A stretch of DNA of 64,000 nt. Origin: Phycisphaerales bacterium (GTDB lineage: Bacteria; Planctomycetota; Phycisphaerae; Phycisphaerales; UBA1924). Positions 36,544-45,540 of this stretch are shown here, piece after piece (position 1 is the stretch's first letter; every line of letters begins with the position of its first letter). The notes under the pieces are model-generated. The model was not told where the DNA came from, ran no database searches, and was given only the letters and a program-made list of their open reading frames with translations. The stretch lies in the NCBI GenBank assembly GCA_965227775.1, contig OZ245777.1, forward strand, positions 608,001 through 672,000. The letters run 5' to 3'. The position numbers were made by a program, and so were the translations under genes.

Positions 36544-37962
36544 TCAGTTCTCTCCCGCCTGATGCACCGGGCCGCGCATCGTGTACTCGGTGCTCTCGTC
36601 GAACCCCTCTCCCCACACGCGGATCGTCACGGGCAGCTTTCCGGAGGCAAACGCCTCGGGCGGCACCACAAGCGTCAGGGGCTTGGCAAATGTCTCGCCG
36701 GGTTCGACACGCACACTGGTGAGTCCGTCAATCTGGCCACCATCGATGCCCTCGAGCGCAATGCTGTAGTCGCCGCCCAACTCGGAGCGATCCTGGATCT
36801 TGAACTTGATGGGGTTCGCCACCATGCCGCTCTCGAGCACCGTGAACGGATTGCCAGGGCCGCGCGTGATTGTCACGAGCGCCGGCGTGCGATTGACCAA
36901 CAAAACAACCATGATGGACACCAGGATCGTGATCGCAACGGGGTACACGATGACGCGTGGCCGGAACCAGTTCCGTCCTTCCCCGTCGATCGTGCGCTGG
37001 GACGCGTACCGGATGAGACCTTGCGGCCGGCCGATCTTGTCCATGATGTCATCGCACGCATCAATACACTGCGTGCAGTTGACGCACTCCATCTGCAAGC
37101 CGTCCCGAATGTCGATCCCGGTAGGACACGTCTGCACGCACATGGTGCAATCGATGCAGTCGCCCAGCTCATCGGACTCCTGAACCACCTTCAGCGCGAC
37201 ATCCGAGCCAGGCTTGACGCGCTGGCCCTTCTTGCCGCGCGGCTCGCCGCGCCGGCGGTCGTACCCGACGATGAGCGAATCGCGATCGAGCATGACGCTC
37301 TGGAACCGTCCATACGGGCACGCCACGATGCACGTTTGCTCCCGAAAGAAGCCAAAGTCGAACAGCATCGCGCCGGTAACGGCGGCCATAACCAGAAAAG
37401 CGATCGGATGGTCCAAGGGCGAACCCAGGATCCAGTGCCGCAAGTTGTCGGTACCCACGAAGTAGCTCAGGAACGTGTGCGCCAAAGCGAACGCCAGCAC
37501 CACGTACACGAGCATTTTGAGCAGCCCACCGGCCGCACCAAACCTGCTCTTCCCCTTGCCAGGCGTGCCCTGGAAGAACCGCTCGATGGGGCGGAACACC
37601 AGTTCGAGATACACGGTCTGCGGACAACCCCAGCCGCACCACACGCGACCGAACATCGCGGTGAAGAAGAAGACAGACAGCGCAACCGTGATCAGCAGCA
37701 ACGCCAGGAGCAACGTGTCGGTGGGATAGAGTGTTATGCCAAAGAACGTGAACTGGCGTTCCAAGATGTTCAGCAGCAGCGGCGGCTTACCAGAGATACG
37801 AAGGTGCGGCAGCACCACGAAGAGGGCGATCAACCCATACCCCACCACACGCCGACGATTCAACCAGCGCCCCTTCGAGGGGCGCGGCTTGAGCCAGCGC
37901 CGCGTGCCGTCGGCATTGAGCGTCGAGAGCACGCGTTCGGGCTGGGCTGCGGTGGTCGACAT
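36544..37962 (-). CDS. ccoG: Cytochrome c oxidase accessory 4Fe-4S protein CcoG
   Basis: GRVWCGWGCPQTV, CIVACPYGRFQS, CIDCTMCVQTCPTGIDIR, ECVNCTQCIDAC. Confidence 0.92.
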   Translation of the reverse strand: MSTTAAQPERVLSTLNADGTRRWLKPRPSKGRWLNRRRVVGYGLIALFVVLPHLRISGKPPLLLNILERQFTFFGITLYPTDTLLLALLLITVALSVFFFTAMFGRVWCGWGCPQTVYLELVFRPIERFFQGTPGKGKSRFGAAGGLLKMLVYVVLAFALAHTFLSYFVGTDNLRHWILGSPLDHPIAFLVMAAVTGAMLFDFGFFREQTCIVACPYGRFQSVMLDRDSLIVGYDRRRGEPRGKKGQRVKPGSDVALKVVQESDELGDCIDCTMCVQTCPTGIDIRDGLQMECVNCTQCIDACDDIMDKIGRPQGLIRYASQRTIDGEGRNWFRPRVIVYPVAITILVSIMVVLLVNRTPALVTITRGPGNPFTVLESGMVANPIKFKIQDRSELGGDYSIALEGIDGGQIDGLTSVRVEPGETFAKPLTLVVPPEAFASGKLPVTIRVWGEGFDESTEYTMRGPVHQAGEN

Positions 37963-37981
37963 CGCGGCGTTCCTCGCTATC

Positions 37982-38572
37982 TCAACCGCCCTGATCGGGC
38001 ACGGGCCAAGCCGGGATGGCCTCGCCCTCTGCCCCCTTGCCCGGCAGATTCTGCCCACGCAGCGATGCCACGTACGAACTCAGCAGCACGATCTCGTTGG
38101 GGTGCAGACGCTTGCCCCACGCCGGCATCGCGCCGTTGTTCGCCCCCTCATCGATCACCGTGTGGATGTCGGTGATGGTCTTGACGTTCAGGTATGTCTC
38201 ATCAGTCAAGTTTGGACCAACACCGCCAGCGCCGGTGCTGCCATGACACGAGGTGCACTGCGCCCGAAACACCGACGCGCCAAAGTCCATCCACTGCGGA
38301 TCATCCATGAGCGACACGATGGTGGCCTCATCACCCTCCAGATCGCCGATGGCGGCAAAGAGTCGCTCGATCTCGGCCACTTGCGCCCGCTCGAGTCGCT
38401 CCGTCTGGTGCACGAACCAGGGGCTTTCTAGTGATAAGAAGAAGTAGATCACGCTGAAGATCATCGAGCCCAGCCAGATCAGGTGCCACCACAGCGGCGT
38501 GGGATTGTCGTACTCCATGATCCCGTCGTACTCGTGGCCGCGGATCAGGGTGCTCTCGGTTTCCTTAGCCAT
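37982..38572 (-). CDS. ccoP: cbb3-type cytochrome c oxidase subunit III (mono-heme form)
   Basis: GHEYDGIMEYDNPTPLWW, single CTSCH, GPNLTD, MPAWG. Confidence 0.9.
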   Translation of the reverse strand: MAKETESTLIRGHEYDGIMEYDNPTPLWWHLIWLGSMIFSVIYFFLSLESPWFVHQTERLERAQVAEIERLFAAIGDLEGDEATIVSLMDDPQWMDFGASVFRAQCTSCHGSTGAGGVGPNLTDETYLNVKTITDIHTVIDEGANNGAMPAWGKRLHPNEIVLLSSYVASLRGQNLPGKGAEGEAIPAWPVPDQGG

Positions 38573-38768
38573 GCCCCAGGCCCTCCCTTTCCGGTCGCAC
38601 CGCGACGGGTGTCCCTTCGTCGAGTGCAGCAGCGGCCATGGTGCGTTCGAAAGCCTGACCCGCCCGAAGCGTTCGTAGCGTGACCACGACGAACACCCCG
38701 ACGAACAGAATCAACGCAGCTGCAGGCCACACGGATAGATCGATGTGCCGGATCGTGTCGGACAGCAT
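38565..38768 (-). CDS. ccoQ: cbb3 oxidase subunit CcoQ-like
   Basis: Single TM (AALILFVGVFVVV), between ccoO and ccoP with overlapping start/stop codons. Confidence 0.7.
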   Translation of the reverse strand: MLSDTIRHIDLSVWPAAALILFVGVFVVVTLRTLRAGQAFERTMAAAALDEGTPVAVRPEREGLGHG

Positions 38769-41155
38769 TACGGCGCCTCCCCTTCGGCGGGCTCGTCTTC
38801 GGCCACCGGTTCCTTGGAGATGTCGGTCCCGAGCCTCTGCATGTAGGCAATCAGCGCGATGATCTTGCGATCGCTCAGGTCGAGGGTCGGATCCCGCAAC
38901 TGGTCTGCGATCTGATCAGAAAGCTCGCGTGCCTGCTCTCGCGCTATGTCGGGCGCGTTCTTCACGGCTTCGCCATAGGGCACACCCAGCATGGCCATTG
39001 CGCCAACGCGGGCCTTGATGCCTTCAAAGTCGAGGTCCTGCTCGATCAGATGCTTGTAGCTCGGCATGATCGAGCCATTGACATGCTCCGCAGGGTTCTC
39101 AAAGTGCAAGTAGTGCCACGAGGAACTCTGTCGACCGCCCTCTCGCGCAAGGTCTGGACCGATGCGACGGCTGCCCCACTGGAACGGGCGGTCATAGACG
39201 AACTCGCCTGGCTTGCTGTAGTCGCCGTACCGCTTCACCTCGGCGAAGATCGGCCGGATCATCTGCGAGTGGCAGTTGTAACACCCCTCGGCGATGTAGA
39301 TGTCGCGCCCAGCAAGCTCGAGCGGTGTGTAGGGCTCGACCGTTGCGATCGTCGGCACGTTGCTCTTGATGAGGAACGTCGGGATGATCTCGAAAAGCGA
39401 AGCAACTGCGACCGCGATCAGGACCCAGATCGTGAACTTGATCGGGCGTCCCTCCAGCCGACGGTGCCAGGCACCCTGCAGCCAGCGATCGGCGGCGTGG
39501 CCGATCTCAACGTTGGAAGTTAGGCGGCTGGCCGCTTGCTCGTACTTCTCATTGAGCGGCGCGAGCGGAGCGGCCTCGTGCATGACGACGTCGTACTTGT
39601 CCGGACGCATGCGCCACGTCTGGAAGAGGTTCAGAACGCCGATCACCATGCCGGCGAGGTACATCACACCACCGATGCCTCGAATCCAGTACAACCACTC
39701 GAGCGAGGTGACGGTCTCGATGAACTCGCCATACATCAGCTGGCCGGTGCTATCGAACGCACGCCACATCAGGCCCTGCGTGACGCCCGCGGCATACATA
39801 GATAGCACGTAGAGCGCGATGCCGATCGTGCTGATCCAGAAGTGGGCGCTTGCCAGCTTCACGCTGTACAGCCCCTTGGTCTGGAAGATTCGCGGTGCGA
39901 GCCAGTACGCCATGCCGAAGATCATGAATCCGTTCCACCCCAGCGTGCCGCTGTGCACGTGGGCAATGGTCCAGTCGGTGTAGTGGCTGAGGCTGTTGAC
40001 GGTCTTGACGCTCAGCATCGGCCCCTCGAACGTCGCCATCATGTAGAACGTGATGCCGACGACGAAGAACTTGAGGACCGGGTCGGTGGTCACCTTGTGC
40101 CACGCGCCACGAAGTGTCAGCAGGCCATTCAGCCCGCCGCCCCAGCTGGGCATCCACAGCATCACGCTGAAGACCATGCCCAGGCTGCTGGCCCACTCGG
40201 GCAGCGACGTGTAGTGCAGGTGGTGCGGACCCGCCCAGATGTAGATGAACACCAAGCTCCAGAAGTGCACGATGCTGAGCTTGTAGCTGAACACCGGGCG
40301 CTCGGCCGCCTTGGGGAGGAAGTAGTACATGAGCCCGAGGAACGGCGTCGTAAGGAAGAACGCGACCGCGTTGTGCCCATACCACCACTGCATGAACGCG
40401 TCCTGCACGCCCGCGTACAGCGGATAGCTCTTGAGCGCGATGTCCGGGCTCGAGATCTTGCCGGTAGTGAACAGCTCGTACACACCGACGGGGATCCACA
40501 GGTTGTTGAAAACGTGCAGCACGGCAACGGTCACGATCGTGGCGATGTAGAACCACAGCGCGACGTACAAGTGCCGCTGACGCCGGTGCACCAGCGTCAT
40601 GAAGAAGTTCACGCCGAAGAAGCCAACCCACACCACCGCGATGGCCAGGTCGATCGGCCACTCCAGCTCGGCATACTCCTTTGCCTGGGTCACGCCGAAG
40701 GGCAGCGTGAGGGCCGCCGAAACGATGATCGCCTGCCAGCCCCAGAAGTGCAGGCGGCTGAGCTTGTCGCTCCACATCCGAGCCTTGCACAGCCGCTGGG
40801 TCGAGTAGTACACGGCCGCGAAGATCGCATTACCCGCGAACGCGAAGATCGCCGCGTTCGTGTGCAGGGGACGCAGCCGGCCGAAGGCAACTTCCGGAAG
40901 GAAGTTGAGCTGGGGCACGGCCAGCTGGAAGGCGAGGATCACGCCCACCAGCATCGCCACGATGCCCCAGGCGAGGGTCGCCCAGAAGAACATCCTGACG
41001 ATGGCGTCGTCGTAACTGAACCGATCGAGCTTGCTCTTCGACCCGACTTGGGCATCACCCGGTCCATCACCCAAGGGAGATCCCGCCCCCGCGGGTTGAG
41101 GTGCACTGGAGCCCTCTGGCGGGCCAGATGGCGAAGGAATCGACGACTCGGGCAT
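38768..41155 (-). CDS. ccoN: cbb3-type cytochrome c oxidase fused subunits I and II (CcoNO)
   Basis: FGRLRPLHTN, WWYGHNAV, WAGPHHL, AHVH; then GRDIYIAEGCYNCHSQMIRP and WGSRRIGPDLAR (CcoO). Confidence 0.95.
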   Translation of the reverse strand: MPESSIPSPSGPPEGSSAPQPAGAGSPLGDGPGDAQVGSKSKLDRFSYDDAIVRMFFWATLAWGIVAMLVGVILAFQLAVPQLNFLPEVAFGRLRPLHTNAAIFAFAGNAIFAAVYYSTQRLCKARMWSDKLSRLHFWGWQAIIVSAALTLPFGVTQAKEYAELEWPIDLAIAVVWVGFFGVNFFMTLVHRRQRHLYVALWFYIATIVTVAVLHVFNNLWIPVGVYELFTTGKISSPDIALKSYPLYAGVQDAFMQWWYGHNAVAFFLTTPFLGLMYYFLPKAAERPVFSYKLSIVHFWSLVFIYIWAGPHHLHYTSLPEWASSLGMVFSVMLWMPSWGGGLNGLLTLRGAWHKVTTDPVLKFFVVGITFYMMATFEGPMLSVKTVNSLSHYTDWTIAHVHSGTLGWNGFMIFGMAYWLAPRIFQTKGLYSVKLASAHFWISTIGIALYVLSMYAAGVTQGLMWRAFDSTGQLMYGEFIETVTSLEWLYWIRGIGGVMYLAGMVIGVLNLFQTWRMRPDKYDVVMHEAAPLAPLNEKYEQAASRLTSNVEIGHAADRWLQGAWHRRLEGRPIKFTIWVLIAVAVASLFEIIPTFLIKSNVPTIATVEPYTPLELAGRDIYIAEGCYNCHSQMIRPIFAEVKRYGDYSKPGEFVYDRPFQWGSRRIGPDLAREGGRQSSSWHYLHFENPAEHVNGSIMPSYKHLIEQDLDFEGIKARVGAMAMLGVPYGEAVKNAPDIAREQARELSDQIADQLRDPTLDLSDRKIIALIAYMQRLGTDISKEPVAEDEPAEGEAP

Positions 41156-41229
41156 CTCGGACTCCTCGGCGACCGCCCTCCCTAGGGCGGTTATGTGCTG
41201 TCAAACCGGAATCTGGACTGGCTTACAGC

Positions 41230-41274
41230 ATTCCACCCTCGATCGGTGGAATCAAGACATAAATCTATATTTTT
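41230..41274. promoter_or_regulatory. Putative Rrf2 operator region in the divergent ccoN/rrf2 promoter
   Basis: Perfect inverted repeat ATTCCACC-N7-GGTGGAAT (41230-41252) next to the AT-rich imperfect palindrome AAGACAT-N6-ATATTTT (41254-41273) in otherwise GC-rich DNA. Confidence 0.45.
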
Positions 41275-41368
41275 ATGCACAACTCGCCCTTTGCTTTCGC
41301 CGAGGCTATAAGTAACCGATCCCAAGCAGCCAGCTCACGCTGGCGGACCCCCGGAGGAGGCCCGCTGG

Positions 41369-41806
41369 ATGTTCTCGATGACAACGGAGTACGCGCTGCG
41401 GGCGGCGGTCTTTCTCAGTGAGAGCCGGGGCGACGTGCAGACCGCCAGCCGAGTGGCCGAGGCCACGAAGACCCCGGTTCGCTACGCCTCCCGAGTCCTG
41501 CAATTGCTCGTTGAGAGCAATCTGGCCACCAGCCAGCGCGGTCCTACGGGCGGGTTTGCCCTCGCCCGAGAGCCCGAGGCCATCACCCTGCTCGACGTTG
41601 TTCAGGCCATCGAACCCATCCAGCGGATTCGGGAGTGCCCGCTTGGCCTGCCAGAGCATGCGCAGGAGCTCTGCCCACTGCACAAGGCGATGGACGCGGT
41701 TGCTTCGGACGCCGAAGCGACCCTCGGCCGCCTAACTCTGGCCGACGTCATGGCAGAGCCGATCGTGCCACTGGGGATCTCAATCGCCAAACAGCAGCCA
41801 GGCTAA
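41369..41806 (+). CDS. Rrf2-family transcriptional regulator
   Basis: EYALRA, SQRGPTGGFALAR, ITLLDVV, CPLG..H..LCPLH. RBS GGAGG. Confidence 0.9.
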   Translation: MFSMTTEYALRAAVFLSESRGDVQTASRVAEATKTPVRYASRVLQLLVESNLATSQRGPTGGFALAREPEAITLLDVVQAIEPIQRIRECPLGLPEHAQELCPLHKAMDAVASDAEATLGRLTLADVMAEPIVPLGISIAKQQPG

Positions 41807-41876
41807 CGCCTGAAGGCATGTAAGCGCGTGCCGAGACGGTCCTTGCCAGCAGGGTGCATCGCCAACAATTGCGTGC

Positions 41877-42482
41877 ATGAGCGCTCCCGAACATCTCGAC
41901 GCAGATGTTACATACATCCTGCGCAACTGGTCATCGCTCGATGATCCGGCGGGAGAGCTGTTTCCAGTCGTGTACGCCCAGCTTCGATCACTGGCCGCAG
42001 GAATGATGCGCTCGGAGAGCGTGGATCACACGCTGGGCGCCACGGCTCTCGTGCACGAGGCTTTTGTCAAGCTCATGTCAACGAACGAGCGCAGCGTGGC
42101 GATGGAGTCGGCGCAGAATAGGGGTTACTTCTTTGCTGCGGCGGCCCAGGCAATGCGTCGCGTGCTCGTGGATCACGCGCGTGCACAGGCCGCCGAACGC
42201 CGGGGAGGGGGGCGAAAGCCCATCGACCTGGGGCGACTTCCGGCGGACATCGGCGAGCTGGCCCGAGAGGACTCTCCCGACCTCGTCCTTGCAATCGACC
42301 ACGCCCTCACAGCGCTGGAATCCGAGGACGAGGACGCCGCACAGATCGTCCGGCTTCGGTTCTTTGGTAGTCTGACGGCGAGAGAGGCGGCCCAGCTGCT
42401 TGGCGTCACCGAACGAACGGTCATGCGCCGCTGGTCCTTCGCGCGTGCTCGCCTGTTCCAGATTCTGGAATCCGATGTATGA
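41877..42482 (+). CDS. ECF sigma factor, TIGR02999-like (kinase-associated)
   Basis: LFPVVYAQLRSLA, HTLGATALVHEAF, FFAAAAQAMRRVLVDHAR, RLRFF..WSFARARL. Confidence 0.9.
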   Translation: MSAPEHLDADVTYILRNWSSLDDPAGELFPVVYAQLRSLAAGMMRSESVDHTLGATALVHEAFVKLMSTNERSVAMESAQNRGYFFAAAAQAMRRVLVDHARAQAAERRGGGRKPIDLGRLPADIGELAREDSPDLVLAIDHALTALESEDEDAAQIVRLRFFGSLTAREAAQLLGVTERTVMRRWSFARARLFQILESDV

Positions 42483-45427
42483 GCCGCCCCGCTTCTGATC
42501 GCGTGAAGGAGATCTTTCTCGATGTCCTGGAGTTGCCCGAAGAGGAGCGCGAAGCTGCCGTTGAGTTCGCGAGCGATGGAGATCAAGAAACGCATCGCGC
42601 TGTGATGGACTTGCTCAGGTCTCACTCGAACGCCGGCCGCTTTCTCCAAGTACGCGATCCGCACCCCCCTCCGCAACGCGTCGGGCGGTACACGCTTGGT
42701 GAGCGCATTGGAGAGGGCGCGTGGGGCACGGTCTGGCTTGCGCAGCAGGACGAGCCAACGCCGCGAACCGTGGCGATCAAGTTGCTCAGGCCGGAGCTCG
42801 GTCTCACTTTTGGCGGCATCGGCTCTGGCGAGGTCGGCACACGGTTCGATGTCGAGCAGCGTGTTCTGGCCAGGATGGAGCACCCCGGAATCGCCCGCTT
42901 GATCGAAGCGGGCGTCGAGACACTCGGCGGAGTCGGCGCGCAGCCATACCTCGTGATGGAGTTCATCGACGGGGTATCACTGACCTCGTATTGCGATGAG
43001 CAAAGGCTCGGCCTTCGGGATCGCGTGGAGCTACTCGCGCGCGTGTGCGACGCCGTGCACCATGCCCACACGAAGGGCGTGATCCACCGCGATCTCAAGC
43101 CGCGCAACGTGCTGGTTGCCGGGGAAGATCAACAAAAGCTTGCTCAGCCTCGCGTGATCGACTTTGGCATCGCCAAGTTGCTCGACCCCATCACCCACGA
43201 CGAGGGACTGACCCAAGCCGGTTTCATCGTGGGCACGCCGCAGTACATGTCCCCCGAGCAGTCCCTTGGCGATGTGGTTGATGCACGATCCGACATCTTC
43301 GCTCTGGGTGTCATGCTGTACGAGTTGCTCTGCGGCGCGACACCGTTGGATGCGTCGGAGTTTTCGGGTTCGACGCCCTCATCGGTCTGGACCCGCCGGC
43401 AAGAGCGCCCGCTTCCACAGTTGGTCTCAACCTTCGAGGGCTTGGATGCAGAGCGAAAGAACACCGTTGCTAGTGCGCGCGGTGTCCAGCCGGCAGGCCT
43501 GGCCTCGAAACTCCGAGGAGAGCTGGGGTGGATGTGTGGCAAAGCCTTGTCGATCGGGCCCGAGCGTCGCTACGCCTCAGCTGCGGCAATGGCCGACGAT
43601 CTGCGTCGCTGGCTCGCGTCTCGACCGGTAGAAGCGGCTCCGCCGAGTGCGTCGTATCAGATTGGCAAGTTTGCCTCCCGCCACAAGCCGGCCGTCGCGG
43701 CGGCTTTGATTGCAGTTTTCGTGTTGATCACAGGCTTGGCAACCACGAGCGCTGGCTTCTATCTCTCGGTGCAGAACGCGCGACTCGCTGACGATCGCGC
43801 GGAAGAGGCAGATCGCCAGCGCGCGATTGCAGAGGCCATTAGTGCGTTCCTGATTGACGACTTGCTGGCTGCGGCCGTTCCTTCGACTCGGGCGGGCGAA
43901 GGCCGGGATGTCTCGATGCGCGAGGTGCTCGAGGTTTCTGCTGAAGAGCTCGAGCGCGCGACCGCTCCCGGTGGACGCCTGGCTGCCGAACCGGAGGTCT
44001 CGGCAGCGCTCTGGCGTGCCCTCGGTCGCACGCACTCTCGGATCGACCAGCACGAACAAGCCTTCGAGGCGCTCGAACGGACGATCGAGCTGCGGACTGC
44101 CGCGCTGGGCGCCAAACACCTCGATACCCTGGCGGCCAGAGCCGAACTGGGCGAGTCCTACCTCATGGCCCAGCGGTTCGACGACGGCGAGGCGGAGCTG
44201 TCGGCAGTCGTCGACGCGCTTCGAGCACAAGTGGGCGAGGATGATCCGAGGCTCATCCGTGCCGAGGGCTGGCTGGCTGCGATCTACCGGAGATTGGGCA
44301 GACTGGATGAGGCACGAATGCTGTACCAGTCGGTGTTCGAGCGGTCACAACGCGTTCTCGGTGCCGATGACGCCTACACGCACGAAGTCGAGAACGGTCT
44401 CGCCCGAACGCTCAACGCGACTGGTGACGCCGACGCGGCAATCGACATTCTTCAGAGCCTCTTAGCACGTCAGCGTGCGCAGCGTTCCGCCAATCACGCC
44501 GTGACGCTCGTCACGCAACAGAACCTTGCCGGCGTGCTCGTCGAGAACAAACGCTTCGAAGAGGGCGAATCGCAGTTCGCGGACCTCGCCAGCCGGATGG
44601 ATGAGGTGTTCGGGCCTTCTCACCGCATCACCATTGGTGTCTGGGCCAACACCGCAACGCTCCGATCGCGCATCGGCCGCGAGAGCGAGGCGTTGGAAAT
44701 CGTTGTTCGCATCGGGCCGCTGGCACGGGACGCCCTCGGTGAATCAAATCCGGTAACCCTCTACATCGAGAGACTGGAGGGACAGATCGCTTCGAAGATG
44801 GGTGACTACGACCGTGCGCTCTCGGTCTTCGAGGGAATGCTGCCCAGGTACGAACAGCTGCATGGGCCAGAACACCCGTCCACGCTCATCTTGCTCAACG
44901 ACATGGGTCTTGCTCACATGGGCGCTGGCGACCCTGCTTCGGCGCAGCAAGCGTTCGCACGCGCGGTCGACGTTTATGACCGAACGCTCGTGGGCCATCA
45001 TCGCTTGCTCATCTCGGTCCGGCAGAACCTCGCAGAGGCCTGCATGGGCATTGGTGACTGGGAAGAGGCCCAGCGTCAGTACGGGCTGTTGGCTGAGGCA
45101 ACGAGCTTGGATCAGGGCCCCCAGGCCTATCTGCCAAGTGTGCTCTTCGCCCGCCAAGCGCTCGTCTTGGCGCTGGCAGGCGAGAGGTCCCATGCCCGAT
45201 CGGTTCTTGCCGGAATCGATGGTTCGTCCCTCGAAGGCGCCCAAGTGGCGGAGCTGCAAGCCATGACGGCGGTGGTCGAAGCGACCCTCCTTGAGGCGGA
45301 AGGACGGGGCAACGAGGCACTCTCGCTCGTGTCGGCGGCACTCGAGTCAATGGGCGAGTTCGAGGAGGACGACCCGATGCTCAAACATGCCAGAGCCCTT
45401 CGTGAACGCCTTAGCGGACAGAGCTGA
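42479..45427 (+). CDS. Membrane Hanks-type Ser/Thr protein kinase with C-terminal TPR repeats
   Basis: GEGAWGTV, VAIK, HRDLKPRN, DFGIAK, GTPQYMSPEQ, one TM, LGxxHxxT-type TPRs. ATGA overlap with the sigma gene. Confidence 0.92.
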   Translation: MSRPASDRVKEIFLDVLELPEEEREAAVEFASDGDQETHRAVMDLLRSHSNAGRFLQVRDPHPPPQRVGRYTLGERIGEGAWGTVWLAQQDEPTPRTVAIKLLRPELGLTFGGIGSGEVGTRFDVEQRVLARMEHPGIARLIEAGVETLGGVGAQPYLVMEFIDGVSLTSYCDEQRLGLRDRVELLARVCDAVHHAHTKGVIHRDLKPRNVLVAGEDQQKLAQPRVIDFGIAKLLDPITHDEGLTQAGFIVGTPQYMSPEQSLGDVVDARSDIFALGVMLYELLCGATPLDASEFSGSTPSSVWTRRQERPLPQLVSTFEGLDAERKNTVASARGVQPAGLASKLRGELGWMCGKALSIGPERRYASAAAMADDLRRWLASRPVEAAPPSASYQIGKFASRHKPAVAAALIAVFVLITGLATTSAGFYLSVQNARLADDRAEEADRQRAIAEAISAFLIDDLLAAAVPSTRAGEGRDVSMREVLEVSAEELERATAPGGRLAAEPEVSAALWRALGRTHSRIDQHEQAFEALERTIELRTAALGAKHLDTLAARAELGESYLMAQRFDDGEAELSAVVDALRAQVGEDDPRLIRAEGWLAAIYRRLGRLDEARMLYQSVFERSQRVLGADDAYTHEVENGLARTLNATGDADAAIDILQSLLARQRAQRSANHAVTLVTQQNLAGVLVENKRFEEGESQFADLASRMDEVFGPSHRITIGVWANTATLRSRIGRESEALEIVVRIGPLARDALGESNPVTLYIERLEGQIASKMGDYDRALSVFEGMLPRYEQLHGPEHPSTLILLNDMGLAHMGAGDPASAQQAFARAVDVYDRTLVGHHRLLISVRQNLAEACMGIGDWEEAQRQYGLLAEATSLDQGPQAYLPSVLFARQALVLALAGERSHARSVLAGIDGSSLEGAQVAELQAMTAVVEATLLEAEGRGNEALSLVSAALESMGEFEEDDPMLKHARALRERLSGQS

Positions 45428-45540
45428 AGATTCTCAAGATTTTCGTGTCATGATGGGGCGCCCCTTGCCGCGACCTTGGTTGGAGGCGTGCGTGTTTGCA
45501 CGCCCATGTGCCAATCAACCAATCCACCGAGGTCCTCCCC

